This document shows, piece by piece, positions 58,359-64,000 of a DNA stretch of 64,000 nt. The stretch comes from an uncultured Acidobacteriota bacterium (lineage in GTDB: Bacteria; Acidobacteriota; UBA6911), in the NCBI GenBank assembly GCA_963809485.1, contig CAWEJX010000017.1, forward strand, positions 32,001 through 96,000, given 5' to 3'. The position numbers and the translations under genes are program-made. A model generated the notes under the pieces. That model was not told the DNA's origin. It was given only the letters and a program-made list of their open reading frames with translations, and searched no databases. Each line of letters starts with the position of its first letter. Positions within the stretch are counted from its first letter, which is position 1.

Positions 58359-60122
58359 ATGAAACGAAAGACGCTATCTTTTTATTGCCTTTTGGCGGCT
58401 GCAATCCTGATCCTTTGCGGGATCGCGCCGGTGCAGGCTCAGCGTAATGCCGCTGCCTCCAAGGGCGATTTAATTACTGTTCTGAATCCGGCCGTCACAG
58501 ACAAACTCGCGGAGCGGGTGCCCCTGGCGCCCCGGCTCAACACCCTGGAAGGCAAAACCATCTACATTGTGGATACAAACTACGAAGGATTCGGGCGGCT
58601 CCCCGTGCTCGAGGAGATGCAGGCTTGGTTTACCAGAAACATGCCGAACGTAAAGACCGTCCTCAAGCTCAAGAGCGGCAGTTACGTCGCCGATGATCCT
58701 GCATTGTGGAAGGAGATTGCTTCCAACGGCGGCAACGGCGTAATCATCGGCGTGGCCGGTTGATGGGGCTGCCTCGCGGCCGTGAGCCGCTTTTCAGGAG
58801 CTTTAGAAACACAGTATGGGATCCCTACCATATCGCTTGCGAATGAAAACATCGTGTCCTACGGACTGAATGCCCATTTTAAATACAATACCGGCATGCC
58901 CATCCGTTACGTCGGGATGCCGTATCCATTCACGGGCCTTAAACAGGATATGCTTAAAGCCTACCTCGAAGGCAAGGACAGGGTCAGCGGCAAGCCCATC
59001 ATGCAGGCTATCGTCGACGGTTTGACAAAACCTCTGACCGCCGAGGAAAAAAGGGCCGGAGCCCCTCCCGACGCGGCACCCGAGCCCAGATTCCTGCCCC
59101 CGGACACGGAAGACAATCTGCAGCGGCTGTTCAAGGACAAAGGCTGGACCGACTACAACCCGGTCCTGCTCCCGACAGCGGAAAGAGTGGCCGCCATGCT
59201 GAAAGGCACCAGCCACAAGCCGGATGAGCTGATTAAGAAAGACTCCGGCGTCTTCGGCACGATCCGTCCGTTCACGGTGGAAAAGATTGCCATCGTTGCC
59301 GTCATGGCGGGCGCCAAACCCGAATATCTGCCGGTGATCCTGGCGCTGGCCAGTCAGGTCCCGTATGCGGATTCCACCACCTCCAACGCCAGCATGGTGC
59401 TGATCAACGGACCGATACGCAAGCAGATCGGGATGAATTCGGGCGAGGGCGTACTGGGCCCGAACGCCGAGGCCAATTCCGTAATCGGCCGGGCCATGAA
59501 CCTGATACACAAAACAATCCAGGGCTACCAGGAGGGTGTGACCGGCTTCACCTCCCTCAGCAACCCTCTGCGCTACGGCAATGTGACCCTTGCGGAGGCC
59601 GAGGAAGAGCTTCCGGAAGGATGGAAGCCTGTTCACGTACTGAATGGCCACAAGCCCGAAGACAGCGTCCTCACTTTGTTCATGGGCTGGAACTTCGTGA
59701 ACTGCTCGGGTTCGGTCGTGGAGCATTATGCCCCGCAGCTTTTGATGCGCGACTTTACCCGGGTGCTGGCGGCCACTGGAGCGGCAACACTCATCATGGA
59801 TCCGTCCGTCGCCTATCAGCTCAAAAACACACAGGGCTTCCAAACCAAGGCGGCGCTTGCCGAGTGGCTATCTAAGAACGCGGAAGTGCCCGCGGCAACC
59901 TATTGGGCCAATTCCATCGCTTCCGGCATGATGGCGCCCCTCGGCAAACAGGGTCTCGAGCCCTATGCAGGCTGGCTAAAAGTCCCGGGCGACGCGCTGA
60001 TCAAACACCTCCCGAATCCGCAGAACATTAAAACAATCGTGGCAGGGGGGAAAACAGCGAGCGTCTGGTTCATAGCCGATTTCATGGCCGGCAGAGGCGT
60101 ATCCATCGATGCCTGGAGGTAA
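58359..60122 (+). CDS. Exported UGSC-family selenoprotein (587 aa; Sec135 in U-W-G-C), fused to a C-terminal domain
   Basis: ORFs 58359-58763 and 58782-60122 share a frame separated only by TGA 58761-58763; readthrough gives 'IIGVAG-U-WGC-LAAVSR'; 'LAPRLNTLEGKTI' N-domain; 'GWTD..P...PT.ERV..ML' C-domain. Confidence 0.85.
58761..58796 (+). promoter_or_regulatory. Putative bacterial SECIS hairpin
   Basis: Upper stem CTCGC/GTGAG with a GGCC loop; lower stem TGA(T)GGGGC/GCTTTTCA directly at the TGA. Folded by eye only. Confidence 0.6.
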
Positions 60123-60562
60123 CCGCAAACCGCCTGCATTGCCGGCAGCTCGATGGCAAAGCGCATAAACCGGTTTCGCATGCATAATGGATTTTGGCCG
60201 CCGACATACGCTGACTTTCGCCTCAATGGTCAGCGTATGCCGGTGCCCGCCGACTCTCGATTTTGGAAATCCCCGTGGCATAAAGGGGGAGCCTGAGAAA
60301 GAAATCAGGCATAAATCCCCATGCTCGCCAGTACTCCAATCCGTATTTTACTTCGGCCATATACATTAGCGGCTTATAATTAATCTCAAGGACATTCAGG
60401 CACAGCGGCAGATCATGCCGGCGAGATCTGCCGGCGGTACACATGTTCATTCTCAGGAAGGCCTTCGGGCAGATTTATCCGCACGCCCCCTGGTTGCGGC
60501 AACGTGCGCGGGCGCTTTCAGGCTCCTGCCTGAAAAAGATGATCCGCTAGAAGGAGGGATTT

Positions 60563-61396
60563 ATGGGAATAACGGACAGTCTGATCCTGTCTTCAGCCAT
60601 TTTGTTTCTTACCTTTGGTGCAGCTCAATCTGACAATGCATTTGCCGGGGAAAGAGATCTCAAGCCCGAGGAAGTAGTCGCCGCTCATCTCAAATCTATT
60701 GGCAATCCCAGGATTCTGCAGTCAATCAAATCGCGCGCGATTGAAGGTTCCGCATCGGTTAAGTTCATTCAGGGTAAATTCCGGGATTCCCCTGATGGCG
60801 AGTCCTTGATGATTTCCGAAGGACGCAAACTGGGAATCATAATGAAGTTTAAAACCCTGGGATATTATGGGGAATATCTCGCGTTCGATGGAAATGGTGT
60901 AACGATCGGGAACTGCGATGACTTAACCAGGTCCCGATTTGGCCATTTTTTCAGCCAGGTTGATGGCGTAATGAAGGAAGGGCTCCTGGGGGGCACACTG
61001 TCGGTCGCCTGGCCTCTTCTGGATGTTCCGGGAAGGCAGCCGAAACTCAAATACCAGAAGAGAAAGATTGAGGGCCGGCAACTGCACGAGCTCATCTATA
61101 ATCCCAAATCCATCTGGGGGACGGAATTTCTGCGGATCCGGCTGTTTTTTGAGCCTGAATCCTTTCGTCATGTGATGACGGAATATAAGTTCTGGAGAGG
61201 CGATACACCGGACTCAGTGGTGCTAAAGGAAATTTTTGAAGACTTCCGGGAAGTGGATGGCCTTATGCTCCCTCACAGATACAGAATTCATTTTTCCAGT
61301 ACCAACTTCATCGGTCATTGGACCATTGAAGCGCGGCATTGGCGGCATAATGCCCCCATGGATGCCGAGCTTTTCAAGGCGAGGTCATTGAGGTGA
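60563..61396 (+). CDS. Exported hypothetical protein (possible LolA-like fold)
   Basis: GGAGG RBS, signal peptide, 'HLKSIG', 'FEDFREVDGLMLPH'. Confidence 0.7.
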   Translation: MGITDSLILSSAILFLTFGAAQSDNAFAGERDLKPEEVVAAHLKSIGNPRILQSIKSRAIEGSASVKFIQGKFRDSPDGESLMISEGRKLGIIMKFKTLGYYGEYLAFDGNGVTIGNCDDLTRSRFGHFFSQVDGVMKEGLLGGTLSVAWPLLDVPGRQPKLKYQKRKIEGRQLHELIYNPKSIWGTEFLRIRLFFEPESFRHVMTEYKFWRGDTPDSVVLKEIFEDFREVDGLMLPHRYRIHFSSTNFIGHWTIEARHWRHNAPMDAELFKARSLR

Positions 61397-61465
61397 TTCC
61401 CATAATAATGCGGCGCAATTTGCCTCAAGGATTTCTTTTAGCTTAGTGCTCCGGGGAAAAATCCG

Positions 61466-62686
61466 ATGAATACCGAAACCTGCGATATAGCCATAGTCGG
61501 CGCGGGCATCGTGGGGCTGGCAACCGGGTTGGCCATCTGCTCCCGCTTTCCTCATCGCTCCTTGATGGTGATTGAAAAGGAAGCGGAGCTTGCAGCCCAT
61601 CAGACCGGCCACAACAGCGGTGTGATTCACAGCGGGATCTACTACAAGCCGGGTTCCCATAAGGCAAAACTCTGTGTTGAAGGCGCGCGCCTGATGGCGG
61701 AATTCTGCGATGAAAATGGAGTGCCCTACGACCGATGCGGGAAAATAATCGTTGCCGTCAGGCAGGAAGAACTCTCCCGGCTGCAAACCCTTTACAGGCG
61801 CGGGATAGAAAATGGGATCCAGGGGTTGGAAATGATCGGGCCGGAGCGCATCCGCGAGATAGAACCGCATGCGAAAGCCTTGCGCGCCCTCTATTCTCCG
61901 AATACGGCCATTACCGACTTCACCCGGGTAGCTGCCGCGATGGCGGCAAAAATCGCCGAAAGGGGCGGCAAAGTGGTCCAATCGGCCGAAGTCCTGGCCA
62001 TCAGGCGCTCGGACGGCATTTTCCATCTCGAGACCGCAAGCCAAACCATTGGCTGCCGTCATCTCATCAATTGCGCGGGGCTTCACTCAGACAGAATTGC
62101 CCGAATGATGGGCCTGCGCATCGACAGCCGCCTGATACCCTTTCGCGGAGAGTATTATTTGCTGAGACCGGAGTGCCGTCTGGTCCGCGGGCTCATATAC
62201 CCGGTGCCGGATCCGGAATTCCCTTTCCTGGGCGTTCATTTCACAAAGCGAATCCAGGGAGGTTATGAAGCTGGACCCAATGCCGTGCTTGCTTTCGCCC
62301 GGGAGGGCTATAAATTCCGGGACGTTTGTCTCAGGGATCTTCGGGACATGTTCTGTTTTGCAGGGTTTTGGGCCATGGCGAGGCGCTATTGGAGGACCGA
62401 AGTCTACGAGATTTACAGATCTCTGAGCAAGCGGGCATTTCTCCGGGCGCTTCAACAACTCGTGCCGGACCTGACAGGGAGAGATATCGTCCCCGGAGGT
62501 TCCGGCGTCCGCGCGCAGGTTGTAACGGCTGACGGATCTCTGGTTGATGATTTCTTGATAGTCGAGGGGCCCAATGCCATCAATGTCCTGAATGCTCCCT
62601 CGCCTGCGGCAACCGCTTCCATCGCGATCGGCAGACGCATTGCAGATCTGGCCGCTAATTCCTTCAGTTTGGCCCCCAGTTCCTGA
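61466..62686 (+). CDS. lhgO: L-2-hydroxyglutarate oxidase
   Basis: 'HQTGHNSGVIHSGIYY.PGS.KA', 'IYPVPDP.FPFLGVH', 'NAPSPAAT'. Confidence 0.93.
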   Translation: MNTETCDIAIVGAGIVGLATGLAICSRFPHRSLMVIEKEAELAAHQTGHNSGVIHSGIYYKPGSHKAKLCVEGARLMAEFCDENGVPYDRCGKIIVAVRQEELSRLQTLYRRGIENGIQGLEMIGPERIREIEPHAKALRALYSPNTAITDFTRVAAAMAAKIAERGGKVVQSAEVLAIRRSDGIFHLETASQTIGCRHLINCAGLHSDRIARMMGLRIDSRLIPFRGEYYLLRPECRLVRGLIYPVPDPEFPFLGVHFTKRIQGGYEAGPNAVLAFAREGYKFRDVCLRDLRDMFCFAGFWAMARRYWRTEVYEIYRSLSKRAFLRALQQLVPDLTGRDIVPGGSGVRAQVVTADGSLVDDFLIVEGPNAINVLNAPSPAATASIAIGRRIADLAANSFSLAPSS

Positions 62687-63007
62687 TTTCGCGGCGGACA
62701 GGTGGAAAGTGATTGTCCTAAATCCACTGCCCCGAAAGCATTTTCACAGAGTCCGATCGTTGATTTTTACAGCGAACCATTGGATATTCTCATTATTTGC
62801 GTCATAGCAAAATTCGGGAAATGACTGCCCTGAAAGGGCAGATTCACGCAGCCCAGGGTAGGCAACCGCTGCAATATCTATCCCGAAGGGATTGTGTCCG
62901 GCAACCGGCTGGGAGGATGGATGTCGGGAGTCAGGCACCTCCGGCAAAGCTGCAGGCTTGAAAGATTTGAACCGCTCCAAGCGGTTGGACTAGTTACGCC
63001 GGTCTTG

Positions 63008-63160
63008 AACGCTGACTTACGCGGGCAAAAGCCGATGAAGCGCCTCATCGGCTTTTGCTCGCCGCCCCTCGCCGAACAAATCGGCGTTTGTCCGCGCTTT
63101 TATCAGCGTTTCTCAGCGTTTCAAAATACGGAGCTGTCAAACTCTTTGAGTCCCCCGGCA
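63008..63160. repeat. Inverted ACGCTGAC arrays plus IS200-like end remnant
   Basis: AACGCTGAC at 63008; opposite-strand array at 63080-63120; 'TGTCAAACTCTTTGAGTCCCCCGGCA' ending at 63160. Confidence 0.65.
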
Positions 63161-63174
63161 TCCGACTTCCTGCC

Positions 63175-63760
63175 CTAAATGGGTTTCGTAAACAGCATCT
63201 CAAACGTGTCCCAGATGCTGCGTTCGGCCTCATACGGAGCGTATTCAAGCCGGCACGTCCTATCCAATATCATGGTCGCTCTGCTTTTCCCGTACGCTTC
63301 CCATTTGCCGAGGCTCTCGCAGCTGGGATTGCCGGTGCGCGCGAAGGCCAGCCAGGCATCCTGGATCTTTCGCGACAATGCATCCGCATCCGGGCCGGAC
63401 CCGCAAAATGTCCTATCGTAGTTGCCAAACACGAATCCAAATCATGACAGGACGGCGCGCACCATCCAGGGCCGGAGTCCAGACGTTCAGAAACAGGCAA
63501 TTTTCGTCCTGCGCCTCATTGACGCTCAGGCTCGCGATCATCGCCGCGCCGGGCAATGGGTTTTGAGGCGCAATGTTTCCGAACTCCTTTGCGGGTCGGA
63601 CTCCATCCCAGGGCTCGACCGGTTGAGGAGGTATCCATCGAAGGCCACCGACCGGCGGAGCTGCATAAGGAATTCCCTTAAAGACAAATATCCCGTCTTC
63701 GTACATCCCTTCAACTTCTCCGGATTTTGTGCGGACGATGGGTTTCATGCCTCCGGTCAT
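63175..63760 (-). pseudogene. Type-B carboxylesterase with internal deletion of the catalytic core
   Basis: N-terminal 'FKGIPYAAPPVG.LRW', 'ENCLFLNVWTP...PVMIWI' joined directly, out of frame, to C-terminal 'FVFGN...W.AFARTGNP'; HGG and GxSAG are absent. Confidence 0.85.
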
Positions 63761-64000
63761 AGCGCCTCCTTTGGGCGGAAACTTATTATCCATAATCCTC
63801 ATCGCTGCCGGCGGACTCACAGAGTGCGATAGTTCCGGGATCAGGCACCGTCACTTCAGGGGAATCATTCCTTCTCCGTTGCTCCGCTTTTCCAGGCGCC
63901 TGAATTTGTAGCGCACTGCCATGTCTCCATAGGACATCTTCCCATCCTTGGAGGGCGATGGGCTTCAACCTGCAAGGGAGCTAAAATTGCCTCTGAGCAG

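Noticed and set aside
62826-62895. GCCCTGAAAGGGC and TCCCGAAGGGA hairpins as a structured ncRNA
   Set aside because: Short tetraloop palindromes typical of REP-like remnants; no ncRNA family recognisable.

Overview
Chromosomal, non-mobile window of a GC-rich diderm anaerobe; gene content suggests an Acidobacteriota-like genome (inference). No rRNA, tRNA, CRISPR array or intact transposase was seen. Left third: two convergent operons with four exported PQQ-like beta-propeller proteins, a CxxC-bearing GT4, an FtsX-type ABC transporter, a TonB receptor, an NHL protein and a NapGH-like Tat-ferredoxin/membrane Fe-S pair; the second operon has a consensus sigma-54 promoter. Middle: trmFO-xerC-polA-ECF sigma/anti-sigma/HtrA-like pseudoprotease (polA is broken by clustered indels, probably sequencing error), a tesA/ybbA/ybbP-like trio, a decaying minor-pilin cluster, hemerythrin, a NifA-like activator, a PP2C phosphatase, ALDH, ppk2, nudC, an AprAB-like pair and pgi. 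Right: a Tat 4Fe-4S subunit with two divergent AOR-family tungsto/molybdo-enzymes. Divergent from them is the top finding: two called ORFs that are one 587-aa exported UGSC-type selenoprotein (in-frame TGA in a U-W-G-C motif followed by a SECIS-like hairpin). Intergenic DNA holds several dispersed repeat families: 10-bp-period ACGCTGAC arrays, IS200-like end remnants including a collapsed scar, and inverted heptamer arrays.
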